A stretch of 64,000 bases of DNA from an uncultured Eubacteriales bacterium. GTDB taxonomy: Bacteria; Acidobacteriota; Aminicenantia; Aminicenantales; Aminicenantaceae. The stretch spans positions 261,001 through 325,000 of the forward strand of contig CAYGBC010000050.1 in assembly GCA_964348015.1 (NCBI GenBank), written 5' to 3'. This document shows, one piece after another, positions 19,266 through 28,443 of this stretch; positions within the stretch are counted from its first letter, which is position 1; every line of letters begins with the position of its first letter. Made by a program: the position numbers and the translations under genes. Below the pieces are notes generated by a model. That model did not search any database and had not been told where the DNA came from. It was given only the letters and a program-made list of their open reading frames with translations.

Positions 19266-20162
19266 TTACAGCAATGGGATAAATTCTCCTGCGGCAACCA
19301 CAACATAACGCATGAAAAAGATCCCCACCACCACAAGAATGGAAGCGATGACCACTGTTGTCAGCTTCCGAAACTTCGGAATAATCAGGAGCATAAAAGG
19401 AACGATCTTTCCGAGCAGGTTCTCGATAATTAAAAATTGCGTGCTGAATTTTCCTTCAAGAATTAATTCCGCAGATGCCTGAGCGTCTGAATGAGAAATC
19501 ACAAGGACAAGAAGTTCACTGCCCACAAGGAACAGGTCAAATACGATCATCCAGGCCAACAATTTCCCAAGATTCATTATCAGTTCCAGGTCAATTTTTT
19601 TTGTTTTTGAAAAGAAACGGTCCTTCACGGCGACGACGAGAATCATGAGTGCGATCCCAGAGACAATGGCTGAGGCCAGAAAGAGAATGGGCATCAGAGC
19701 GGTGTTCCACAAAGCTCTCGCTTTCCCAAAGGCCAGGATGAAGCCCGTGTACCCATGAACGGATATGGCCAGAGGAATTCCGATGAACCCAAAGATTCGT
19801 GTCAGCTTGACGTTTTCTTTGAACATGAAGTAACCATAGATGATGCAGTTTATCGGATACAGGACAAGAAGGAAGGAGCCCCAGGTGATCGGAGATGACA
19901 TGTTGAGATACACAAACAGGTGCCAGGCGCGATGGGGCATCCCGATGTGGATCAGAAGGAAGAACGGAGCGATAATCAAAAGGAGGGTGGCCAGCACCAC
20001 TCCGACCCGGCCTATGGCTTTGTACTGGTTCATGCCGAAACCGTAGGCCAGAGTAGAGAGGATGAAAGATCCTGCACTCAGCCCCGTGAGATAGAAGTAC
20101 ATGGCGATATTGAAGCCAAACGCTTCCTGGTGGAAGATGTTGTAGAGGACTTGAGTCTCCAT
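19266..20162 (-). CDS. NrfD/PsrC-family polysulfide-reductase membrane anchor
   Basis: IAMYFYLTGLSAGSF, HIGMPHRAWH, SPITWGSFLL, HGYTGFIL and ARALWNTALMP, with about 8 TM helices. Confidence 0.92.
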   Translation of the reverse strand: METQVLYNIFHQEAFGFNIAMYFYLTGLSAGSFILSTLAYGFGMNQYKAIGRVGVVLATLLLIIAPFFLLIHIGMPHRAWHLFVYLNMSSPITWGSFLLVLYPINCIIYGYFMFKENVKLTRIFGFIGIPLAISVHGYTGFILAFGKARALWNTALMPILFLASAIVSGIALMILVVAVKDRFFSKTKKIDLELIMNLGKLLAWMIVFDLFLVGSELLVLVISHSDAQASAELILEGKFSTQFLIIENLLGKIVPFMLLIIPKFRKLTTVVIASILVVVGIFFMRYVVVAAGEFIPLL

Positions 20163-20165
20163 TTT

Positions 20166-20759
20166 TTATTCGTCTTCTGTCAGTTTAGCCTCGACTGAAT
20201 CAATATCCAGGCCAATATAAAATGCTTGCGGATCTGTTCCGCTTTCCGGTTTGATGACCTGCACAGCATTTCCCGCCACAGCTCTTGAGATATCGCTCTC
20301 CGGGTCGTTCAAGTCCCCGAACATAATGGCGTCAGTCGGGCAGGCTTCCACACATGCAGGTGCGAGGCCGGCATCCACTCTGTGATGGCACCAGTAACAT
20401 TTTTCTGCAATTTTTCGAGTGGGATGAATATACCTTACCCCATACGGACAGGAAGCCATGCAGTAACGACAGCCGATGCACCTGTGCGGGTCGATATAGA
20501 TAATGCCATCCGGACGCTTGATACCGGCGTTCACTGGGCAGACAGTCACACAGATCGGATCTTCGCAGTTGTTGCAGAGGATGGGCAGGAAAAATTCTCT
20601 AGAATGAGGATAACGTCCTTTTTCCACTCGTTTGACCCAATTCCTCCAGACTCCAAGCGGAACATCGTTTTCGCTTTTGCAGGCCATGGCGCAGGTGTTG
20701 CATCCGATGCATTTCCTGAGATCGAACAATACACCCAATCTTTTATTATGGGCCTTCAT
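20166..20759 (-). CDS. NrfC/PsrB/DmsB-type 4x[4Fe-4S] electron-transfer subunit
   Basis: CIGCNTCAMAC, CNNCEDPICVTVCP, CIGCRYCMASCPY and KCYWC..PACVEACP. No signal peptide of its own. Confidence 0.95.
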   Translation of the reverse strand: MKAHNKRLGVLFDLRKCIGCNTCAMACKSENDVPLGVWRNWVKRVEKGRYPHSREFFLPILCNNCEDPICVTVCPVNAGIKRPDGIIYIDPHRCIGCRYCMASCPYGVRYIHPTRKIAEKCYWCHHRVDAGLAPACVEACPTDAIMFGDLNDPESDISRAVAGNAVQVIKPESGTDPQAFYIGLDIDSVEAKLTEDE

Positions 20760-21979
20760 TCTGTTTCTCTTTCCCCTTCATTCGCATTATTTTCTGGTTC
20801 TTCTGTCTGTTTATGGGTTTGATCCTCTTTCTCCGGGTGAGGTGTCTGATCATCTTCCTTTGGTGTGTGTTCGGAAACAGAGCTGTCTTTTTTTTCATCA
20901 ACCTGTTCTTTCCCCTGTTCTTCTTCTTGAACTTTATCAGTAACTTTTGTTTCTTCCTCTTTGGGAGTTGCTTCTTTCAAGCGTGGATCTTCCTTTTCCG
21001 CTTCTTCTTTTTTTTCTTCGGGCGCTTCCTGCTCGTGTTTTATTTCTTCTTTCTTGGTTTCTGAATCCTTTTCGGGCAGAGTTTGAGGCTCTGGTCCTTC
21101 CTTTTTAACTGCTCCTGTATCTTTTTCTGGAGTTTTGTCTTCGATCCTCATGTCCTCGAGCCAGGATTTTATTCTGTTCGCAACGCTTTTCCGGGATCTG
21201 TAACCAAGATAGGCGCACACACCCAGAACAATTGTCAGTACGAGAGCGCTGGCCCAATCGTTGAGAGGAGATGACCTGATCGAACTCAGATGTGTCGGGC
21301 CCATGACGAAATTGGCCATCGTGCGCACATCATGACAGCGGGAACAGAAAGCTTTGTACACGCGTTTGGTTCCATGAGCAGAATCCTGATAATGACAGCT
21401 GATGCAGATCCTCATATCGAATCTTTCAGAAATGTCTCCTTTGCGGTGACCGGATATTTTCCCCAGGGAACCTCCTCCAAAAATTCTCTGGACCATAACT
21501 TCGGCATGGCAGTTGGAGCAGGTTTCGCCGATGTTTTTTTCGTGCACTGAGGAGGCGGGATCATCATGAGGAAGGACGTGATGTTTGGTGTGACAGTGAA
21601 AGCAAAGAGGTAGCTCCTTTCCTGGAGAAGGAGAGGAAAATGTCAGGTGGACATTTTTCAGGTATTCTTCGGCTTCCTCCGGGTGGCATCTCGCACAATC
21701 CACCTTGATCGATCCCTCTCTGAAATGAAGGTAAGGATTAGCTTGAGTGTGGCAGTCCACGCAGAGCAAATGGCCTCTGTGGTGGATATCCTGATTCCAT
21801 TTCTCCGGATCGACAAAGAGTGAACGCACCTTTCCGCCACTCGTGATCTGGGAAATTTCAGGCTGGCCATGGCATAAGAGGCATTCTTTGTCCGCATAAG
21901 AATTCGATTGAGAATACGACTTCAGTGCAAAGAGAGATAATGAAACGATAAGAAGTGTGGCGAGTCTTTTCAACCGCAT
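20756..21979 (-). CDS. Heptaheme c-type cytochrome with C-terminal TM helix and long acidic tail (start uncertain, 21979-22150)
   Basis: Signal-like MRLKRLATLLIVSLSLFALKSYS, seven CxxCH motifs (CLLCH, CVDCH, CARCH, CFHCH, CSNCH, CISCH, CSRCH), TM segment ASALVLTIVLGVCAYLGY, then about 130 aa rich in E/K. Confidence 0.88.
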   Translation of the reverse strand: MRLKRLATLLIVSLSLFALKSYSQSNSYADKECLLCHGQPEISQITSGGKVRSLFVDPEKWNQDIHHRGHLLCVDCHTQANPYLHFREGSIKVDCARCHPEEAEEYLKNVHLTFSSPSPGKELPLCFHCHTKHHVLPHDDPASSVHEKNIGETCSNCHAEVMVQRIFGGGSLGKISGHRKGDISERFDMRICISCHYQDSAHGTKRVYKAFCSRCHDVRTMANFVMGPTHLSSIRSSPLNDWASALVLTIVLGVCAYLGYRSRKSVANRIKSWLEDMRIEDKTPEKDTGAVKKEGPEPQTLPEKDSETKKEEIKHEQEAPEEKKEEAEKEDPRLKEATPKEEETKVTDKVQEEEQGKEQVDEKKDSSVSEHTPKEDDQTPHPEKEDQTHKQTEEPENNANEGERETE

Positions 21980-22329
21980 GCCGAATAAGGGCCTTGTCCG
22001 ATTATTATTCAGGTCACCCTGCTTCAAGGTTCTCTGTTTCCGGTCACACTTGCATCTACAGGGAGGCACTCGTGATTTCCAAATTTGGGATTCATCCGTA
22101 CTCAAATTTGGAGCAGGGCACATGCTAACACAATGTTTTGTGGTTGACAAGAAAAATGTAAGAGGTCAGGTCATTGTCATTCATCCGATTTAAAGGTCTT
22201 CCATTTTGTGAGAGTGGATGAATGCTAAAATAAACGGAAATAACATCCCTCTCTTCAGATTTTTCACGCCATTTCCTTGAATTGCACCCGCCAGTCTGCA
22301 AGCGAGCTGAGAAAGTTTTATAAATTATG

Positions 22330-22358
22330 TTCAAAATGACGCAGGAGATGAGTATAAT
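22330..22358 (+). promoter_or_regulatory. Putative sigma-70 promoter for lpdA
   Basis: TTCAAA-N17-TATAAT. Confidence 0.45.
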
Positions 22359-22482
22359 TGTCCCATCATTTATGTTTCGTGTTATGCGGCAGATTATGAA
22401 TCTTCAGACCGTGAAGGGATCAAGAGCGGTATTCAGATCAGAATAAGACCCCTTCATAATCTGAGTCTGCAGGGGAGAGAAA

Positions 22483-23883
22483 ATGGATACGAAATGGGAT
22501 TTAGTCATAATCGGAGGAGGCCCGGGCGGCTACGTGGCAGCTATTCGAGGCGCTCAAATGAGGAAGAAGGTCCTTCTTATCGAGAAGCATAAAATCGGGG
22601 GAACGTGCATGAATTATGGATGCATTCCCGCAAAATATCTCCTGCACCAGACAAAGGTCTCTAAAGAACTTAAAGAAAACAGGAACTTTGACGGCCTTCC
22701 GTCAGAAATCAAGCTCGACTGGACAAAAGTGCAGCAGGAGAGAGGACGGGTCGTGGAGAGACTGGTCAAGGGTCTGGAATTCCTTATCCGGAAAAATGGG
22801 GTGGAAATCATCAGCGGTCAGGCCTCCATAAAAGAAGCAGGAAAGGTTTCAGTCCAGGTGGAAGCGAAAGCAGAAAAAGTGATTGATGCCGAAAAGATCA
22901 TTTTGGCTACGGGGAGCAGGCCGGCAGAACTTCCGTTTCTCCGGCCCAACGGAAAAGAAATCATGACATCCCGGGAGGCACTCGAACTCGAGGTCGTGCC
23001 CCGCAAAATGGTGGTCATCGGTGCGGGAGCCATCGGATTGGAGATGGGAACGATCTTTCAAAGGTTAGGGACGCAAGTCTTGATCCTGGAAATTCTGCCC
23101 ACCATACTTCCGGGAAGTGATAAAGAATCGGTGAAGCGCTTGGAACGAATACTTAAAGCGCAGGGGCTCGAGATTCACACGCAGTTCAAGTTAGAATCCA
23201 GTCAGCTTAAAAAGGGAAAAGTCGTCCTTAAAGGAACAAGCTTAGAAACCCGGTCTCCTTTTGAGATCGAGGCGGAAAAGATACTTTTGGCGGTCGGCCG
23301 AAATCCCAATTCCGAGGATTTGGCAGAAACAGAGATCACCCTCGATGAAAAGGGTTTTGTCCGCGTGAACTCGCGACTCGAAACGTCTCTTCCTGGAGTG
23401 TATGCTATCGGAGATTTGATCGGCGGAAATCTTCTCGCGCATAAAGCGTCGCATGAAGGCTGGCTGGCTGCGGAGAATGCCTCAGGAGCAAAAAAAGAGA
23501 TGCGCTATGAGGCATTACCTATGGCCGTTTATACGGAACCAGAGTTCGCATCCGTGGGTTTGACCGAGGAGGAGGCGTCAAGGAAGGGAATAAAAATCCA
23601 GACAGGATCATTCTCACTCCAGGCCTGCGGACGCGCTCTTACGCTGGGGAGACAGGAGGGAATGGTCAAAGTCATAGCGGATCTGAATGATAAAATAATT
23701 GGGGCTCACATTCTCGCTCCGAACGCGAGTGAAATAATTCCTGAGATCACTCTGGCCATGAACAAGGGATTGACGGTTCAAGACATCTCGTCTTCGATTC
23801 ATATTCACCCCACTTTATCCGAATCCGTGATGGAAGCCGCCTTGAAAGTCAAGAATGAAGCCATCCACATGCTGAATGTTTAG
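22483..23883 (+). CDS. lpdA: Dihydrolipoyl dehydrogenase
   Basis: GGGPGGYVAAIR, redox motif GGTCMNYGCIPAK, GAGAIGLEM, LAHKASHEG and C-terminal HIHPTLSE. Confidence 0.96.
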   Translation: MDTKWDLVIIGGGPGGYVAAIRGAQMRKKVLLIEKHKIGGTCMNYGCIPAKYLLHQTKVSKELKENRNFDGLPSEIKLDWTKVQQERGRVVERLVKGLEFLIRKNGVEIISGQASIKEAGKVSVQVEAKAEKVIDAEKIILATGSRPAELPFLRPNGKEIMTSREALELEVVPRKMVVIGAGAIGLEMGTIFQRLGTQVLILEILPTILPGSDKESVKRLERILKAQGLEIHTQFKLESSQLKKGKVVLKGTSLETRSPFEIEAEKILLAVGRNPNSEDLAETEITLDEKGFVRVNSRLETSLPGVYAIGDLIGGNLLAHKASHEGWLAAENASGAKKEMRYEALPMAVYTEPEFASVGLTEEEASRKGIKIQTGSFSLQACGRALTLGRQEGMVKVIADLNDKIIGAHILAPNASEIIPEITLAMNKGLTVQDISSSIHIHPTLSESVMEAALKVKNEAIHMLNV

Positions 23884-24008
23884 GGATTCAGGCTTCAACA
23901 CAGATATCTCATTCATGGGAATGGTCGAGCCTTACAAGGAGAATAAGTCCTGTTTTGAATGTCTGAAATTGAATCTTGAGCTCTAAAAAAAAATTTTTTT
24001 CAAAAAGT

Positions 24009-24037
24009 TTGCAAATTTAAATTTATTTGTATAAAAT
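24009..24037 (+). promoter_or_regulatory. Putative sigma-70 promoter of the nuo operon
   Basis: TTGCAA-N17-TAAAAT within an AT-rich tract, with a GGAGA RBS before ATG 24063. Confidence 0.5.
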
Positions 24038-24062
24038 TTATGCCTTTATTTTACGGAGACTC

Positions 24063-24407
24063 ATGATAGAACTTTTCCTTGTTTTTCTCGTTTTCGGTTT
24101 CCTGGGTCTTGTTTTGATCATGATGAATAAGTTCCTGGGTCCGACAAAGACCAATCCCGCAAAGGAAAGTCCCTTTGAATGCGGAAGCCCTTACCTCCAG
24201 GAAGGAATCAATCCTATTCCAATCAAATTTTACCTTGTCGCTTTTCTTTTTCTCCTTTTTGACATCGAAGTGGTCTTCTTTTTCCCTTGGGCACTGATAT
24301 TTAAAGAAATGGGGACAACCGCCTTGATCGTCATGTTTGCGTATATGGTCGTTATCGTGTTGGGTTTTGTTTATGCTTGGAAAAAAGGCGCGCTCCAGTG
24401 GGATTAG
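24063..24407 (+). CDS. nuoA: NADH-quinone oxidoreductase subunit A
   Basis: KESPFECG and KFYLVAFLFLLFDIEVVFFFPWA..YAWKKGALQWD. Start placed at ATG 24063. Confidence 0.96.
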   Translation: MIELFLVFLVFGFLGLVLIMMNKFLGPTKTNPAKESPFECGSPYLQEGINPIPIKFYLVAFLFLLFDIEVVFFFPWALIFKEMGTTALIVMFAYMVVIVLGFVYAWKKGALQWD

Positions 24408-24448
24408 AAAACACGGATACGAATAACTTATTGTAAAGTCATAAAATC

Positions 24449-24925
24449 ATGGAAGGAAGCTTCATAACAACAAAATTCAATCACATCCTCGGGTGGGCCC
24501 GGAAATTTTCTCTTTTCCATTATCCTTACGTGACAGCGTGCTGTGGAATGGAATACATGTCGGCGGCCTGTGCTCATTTTGACTTGGATCGTTTCGGAGC
24601 CGGCTGGACTCGTTTTTCACCGCGTCAATCGGATATGATGCTCGTGGTGGGAACGATCTCTCATAAGCTGGCGCCGGTCCTGCGCACAGTCTATGATCAG
24701 ATGACCGAGCCAAAATTCGTGATCGCCTTCGGCACATGCACGGTAAGCGGCGGTATTTACGACAATTATGCCGTGGTCCAAGGAATCGATAAGATTATTC
24801 CGGTCGACGTTTATGTTCCAGGCTGCCCGCCCCGGCCAGAGACTGTTTTGGATGCCTTAATGAAACTCATGGAAAAAATTCAGAACCAAGAACAAGATTG
24901 GAAATGGAAGAAAAAAAAGTCATAG
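24449..24925 (+). CDS. nuoB: NADH-quinone oxidoreductase subunit B
   Basis: [29 protein letters not shown] and [14 protein letters not shown] (N2 cluster). Confidence 0.96.
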   Translation: MEGSFITTKFNHILGWARKFSLFHYPYVTACCGMEYMSAACAHFDLDRFGAGWTRFSPRQSDMMLVVGTISHKLAPVLRTVYDQMTEPKFVIAFGTCTVSGGIYDNYAVVQGIDKIIPVDVYVPGCPPRPETVLDALMKLMEKIQNQEQDWKWKKKKS

Positions 24926-25383
24926 CCGATCTCAAAAAAAAATTCGCCGATAGAATTAAAGAGACCGTGTCCGAGTTCGGGGATGACACGGTGGCTATAG
25001 ACAGAGATTTTCTTGCCGAGCTTGTTCAATTCCTCAAACAGAAGCCGTATGAATACACGATGCTGCTCGACATCACCTGCGTGGATTATCTGGGCCGGGA
25101 GCCGCGGTTTGAGATGGTCTATCATCTGCTGTCCCTCACTGCGAAACACCGTCTCCGGATAAAAGTTCCTCTTTCAGAGTCAAATCTCTCTATCGAATCT
25201 CTGAGCTCACTCTGGAAAAATGCCAACTGGCTGGAACGAGAAGTGTATGACATGTTCGGGGTGCGTTTCCATGGCCATCCGGACCTGAGGAGACTCTTCA
25301 TGTATGATGGATTCGAGGGTTTTCCTCTGCGCAAAGATTACCCTCTCCGGAAATCTCAGCCGAGAATCAAATTGAGAAAATAA
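24898..25383 (+). CDS. nuoC: NADH-quinone oxidoreductase subunit C
   Basis: [43 protein letters not shown] and PLRKDYP. Confidence 0.96.
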   Translation: MEMEEKKVIADLKKKFADRIKETVSEFGDDTVAIDRDFLAELVQFLKQKPYEYTMLLDITCVDYLGREPRFEMVYHLLSLTAKHRLRIKVPLSESNLSIESLSSLWKNANWLEREVYDMFGVRFHGHPDLRRLFMYDGFEGFPLRKDYPLRKSQPRIKLRK

Positions 25384-25384
25384 A

Positions 25385-26710
25385 ATGCCAACGAGAATCC
25401 AGAAAGAGGCCAAAAAAGACAGCCTCATGATCAACATGGGGCCTTCCCACCCCGCAATGCACGGAACCATCCGGATCATGGTTGAGCTGGACGGCGAAAG
25501 GATCATCAATTCAGAAGTGGAAGTGGGGTACTTGCATCGGGGATTCGAGAAGATATGCGAGAACAAGACCTACTTCAATCTGCTGCCATACACAGACAGG
25601 ATGAATTACGTATCTCCTCTGATCAACAACCTCGGATATGTGATGGCCTTGGAAAAGATGTTGGATATAGAGGTTCCGGAAAAGGCACAGTACATCCGGG
25701 TCATCATGAGCGAGCTCTCCAGAATCTCCGACCATCTCACCTGCATCGCAGCCATGGCGATGGAAAGCGGTGCGTTCACGATTCTCCTGTACAAAATGAA
25801 GGCTCGAGAGTTCATCTGGGATGTCATCGAACAGACAACAGGCGCCCGAATGACCACCTCTTATATCCGCATCGGCGGAGTCAGGGCTGACCTCCATCCG
25901 AATTATGAAGAGGTTCTGAAAAAGGCGATCATCGAAACGGGAAAAGTCTTGAAGGATGTTCACGGACTTTTGGACAAAAATAAGATATTTCTGAATAGGA
26001 CCAGGGACATCGCGGTCGTTGCGCCGGAAACAGCGATCAACTACGGCTGGACCGGTCCGTGTCTGCGATCGACGGGAGTGTACTTTGACATCCGGAAGAC
26101 ATTTCCGTACTTGGTCTATGACCAGTTGGATTTCGAGGTCCCTCTCGGGGAAAGAGGAGACAATTTTGACCGCTACATGGTCCGGATGAAAGAGATGGAG
26201 CAGAGTTTGCGGATCATTGAACAGGCCATGGAGAAAATACCGAAGTCCGGGGCTCCAACTGTGGCCAATGGCATAGAACCTGTTGATGCGATAAGAGCAT
26301 CGAGAGAACGGAAGGTGGACAGAAAGATTAAGCTGTCCCCAACTCTGGAAGGTTCGGAAAAAGACAAGTATCAGGATATTCTCACCAAGACTCCAAAAGT
26401 TATTGTCCCTCCCAAAGAGGATGCCTACACGTCTATTGAAGGGCTGATCAGTCATTTCAAATTCTTCATGAGCGAACACGGTATCCGGCCTCCCAAAGGT
26501 GATGTGTATTTGGCTGTTGAAGGGGGCAATGGCGAGCTGGGATATTACATCGTATCTGACGGAACCGATAAACCCTACCGACTGCATGTGAGAGCTCCGT
26601 GTTTTCATGTGATGGCGGCTCTCGAGGAAATGATTCAGGGGCATTATGTGGCTGACGTCATTCCCACATTCGGATCTGTGAATATGATCGGTGGAGAGAT
26701 GGATCGATGA
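25385..26710 (+). CDS. nuoD: NADH-quinone oxidoreductase subunit D
   Basis: NMGPSHPAMHGTIR, GYLHRGFEK, DRMNY, EGGNGELG and GSVNMIGGEMDR. No Ni-binding CxxC motifs. Confidence 0.96.
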   Translation: MPTRIQKEAKKDSLMINMGPSHPAMHGTIRIMVELDGERIINSEVEVGYLHRGFEKICENKTYFNLLPYTDRMNYVSPLINNLGYVMALEKMLDIEVPEKAQYIRVIMSELSRISDHLTCIAAMAMESGAFTILLYKMKAREFIWDVIEQTTGARMTTSYIRIGGVRADLHPNYEEVLKKAIIETGKVLKDVHGLLDKNKIFLNRTRDIAVVAPETAINYGWTGPCLRSTGVYFDIRKTFPYLVYDQLDFEVPLGERGDNFDRYMVRMKEMEQSLRIIEQAMEKIPKSGAPTVANGIEPVDAIRASRERKVDRKIKLSPTLEGSEKDKYQDILTKTPKVIVPPKEDAYTSIEGLISHFKFFMSEHGIRPPKGDVYLAVEGGNGELGYYIVSDGTDKPYRLHVRAPCFHVMAALEEMIQGHYVADVIPTFGSVNMIGGEMDR

Positions 26711-27180
26711 GTCCTGAATTTTCTGGAAAAGTCCGGAAGGAAATCGATAAGATAGTCGCTCGCTATCCTCAGAAGGAGGCGGCCATTCTTCCGGTCCTCC
26801 ATATCGCGCAGCAGGAGTTCGGTTTTATCTCTCCAGAGTCAGAAGAGATGGTGGCGGGCATTCTCGGAGTTAAGCCCATCCGTGTGAGAGAAGTCGTGAC
26901 CTTTTACACCATGCTGAACAGTGAGCCTGTCGGGAAGTACCATATTCAGGTCTGTTCCAACCTGAGCTGTTCGCTTCTCGGCTCTGAGAAGTTGATCGAC
27001 TATATCAAAGAAAAACTGAGCATCCAGCCGGGAGAAACATCAAAAGACAAAAAATTCACACTCTCTCTGGTCGAGTGCCTCGGTGCGTGCGAGCAGGCCC
27101 CCTGCATGATGGTCAATTTTGAGTATCACGGAAACCTGGATAAGAAAAAAATCGACAAGATTTTGGACGGTTTGGAATAG
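26707..27180 (+). CDS. nuoE: NADH-quinone oxidoreductase subunit E
   Basis: AILPVLHIAQ, VVTFYTM and [2Fe-2S] ligands VCSNLSC..VECLGACEQAP. Confidence 0.95.
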   Translation: MSPEFSGKVRKEIDKIVARYPQKEAAILPVLHIAQQEFGFISPESEEMVAGILGVKPIRVREVVTFYTMLNSEPVGKYHIQVCSNLSCSLLGSEKLIDYIKEKLSIQPGETSKDKKFTLSLVECLGACEQAPCMMVNFEYHGNLDKKKIDKILDGLE

Positions 27181-27182
27181 AG

Positions 27183-28418
27183 ATGGCTGAGAACGTCCTG
27201 ACCCAGCACTTCGGATTGGAGAACCTCTATAAAATAGATGAGTACGTGAAAAAGCGGGGGTACACAGCTGTCAAGAAAGCCCTGCAGATGAAGCCTGAAG
27301 ATATCCTCGAGGAGATGAAGAAGGCCAATTTACGCGGCCGAGGCGGCGCGGGCTTTCCGGCTGGAGTCAAGTGGGGATTTGTTCCTCAGGTGGACAAACC
27401 AAAATATCTGTGTGTGAACGCCGATGAAGGAGAGCCGGGGACGTTCAAAGACCGGTATATCATGAGTCATAATCCCCACATGCTTATTGAGGGGATCATC
27501 ATCACATCCTACTGCGTCGGAATCCACTCGGCTTACATCTATATCCGTGGGGAATACGAAGCCATCGCCCAGAGACTCGAAGAAGCCATTGCCGAAGCCT
27601 CTGAAAAAGGATTTCTAGGAAAAAACATTCTGAACAGTGGATTTAGCCTGGATGTCTTTGTCCATCGAGGCGCGGGGGCCTACATCTGCGGGGAGGAAAC
27701 GGCGCTCCTGGAGTCCCTCGAAGGGAAAAGAGGTAATCCGCGGCTTAAGCCTCCGTTCCCGGCTTCAGTCGGGCTTTTTCAGTGTCCCACAGTTATAAAT
27801 AACGTGGAGACGATTTCCAATATTCCTCAGATCATCCTGAACGGAGCCGAATGGTTTATCGGAAAAGGCCTGCCCAAGGATGGCGGCACAAGAATTTTTG
27901 GAGTCAGCGGGATGGTCGAGAAGCCCGGGATTTATGAGCTTCCGCTTGGAACGAACCTGAAAGAGATTATCAATAAACATGCCGGTGGCGTGAAAAAAGG
28001 CAAGAAACTGAAAGCCGTTATTCCCGGAGGAATGTCGGCTCCTGTGCTCAAGGCGGATGAGATAGACATCCCGATGGATTTTGATTCCCTGGTGAATGCC
28101 GAATCCATGCTGGGTTCAGCCGCCATCATTGTCATTGACACCGGGACATCCATGCTGGATGTTTTGAAAACAGTGACAAAATTCTATTCTCATGAATCCT
28201 GCGGCCAGTGCACGCCGTGCCGGATCGGAACCTCCTGGATCCATAAGATCGTTAAAAGAATGACTGAAGGGAAGGGAAGGAAAAAGGACATCGACGAAAT
28301 CATCCGGTTGGCCTCGAACATTCTGGGGAAAACGCTCTGTCCCCTGGGAGATGCTGCAGCCATGCCCATCCTTTCGATAGCCAAAAAATTCAGAAAAGAA
28401 CTCGAGTCTCGATTATAA
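27183..28418 (+). CDS. nuoF: NADH-quinone oxidoreductase subunit F
   Basis: LRGRGGAGFPAGVKW, NADEGEPGTFKDR, GAGAYICGEETALLESLEG and HESCGQCTPCRIG..CPLG. Confidence 0.97.
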   Translation: MAENVLTQHFGLENLYKIDEYVKKRGYTAVKKALQMKPEDILEEMKKANLRGRGGAGFPAGVKWGFVPQVDKPKYLCVNADEGEPGTFKDRYIMSHNPHMLIEGIIITSYCVGIHSAYIYIRGEYEAIAQRLEEAIAEASEKGFLGKNILNSGFSLDVFVHRGAGAYICGEETALLESLEGKRGNPRLKPPFPASVGLFQCPTVINNVETISNIPQIILNGAEWFIGKGLPKDGGTRIFGVSGMVEKPGIYELPLGTNLKEIINKHAGGVKKGKKLKAVIPGGMSAPVLKADEIDIPMDFDSLVNAESMLGSAAIIVIDTGTSMLDVLKTVTKFYSHESCGQCTPCRIGTSWIHKIVKRMTEGKGRKKDIDEIIRLASNILGKTLCPLGDAAAMPILSIAKKFRKELESRL

Positions 28419-28443
28419 GGGAGAGACGGAAGAAAAAACGAAG

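Noticed and set aside
16943-20759. Assigning psrABC or ttrBCA gene symbols
   Set aside because: Order and folds fit, but the catalytic ligand appears to be missing and there are extra subunits, so the substrate cannot be called.
21980-22150. Cys-rich N-terminal extension of the heptaheme cytochrome (TTG start at 22150)
   Set aside because: It precedes a plausible signal peptide at ATG 21979 and has no CxxCH; probably non-coding leader. The true start remains uncertain.
25511-26644. 377-aa minus-strand ORF
   Set aside because: Antisense shadow of nuoD.
24449-26710. Group 4 [NiFe]-hydrogenase
   Set aside because: The large subunit lacks both Ni-binding CxxC motifs, and NuoE/F/G plus the A-I order identify complex I.
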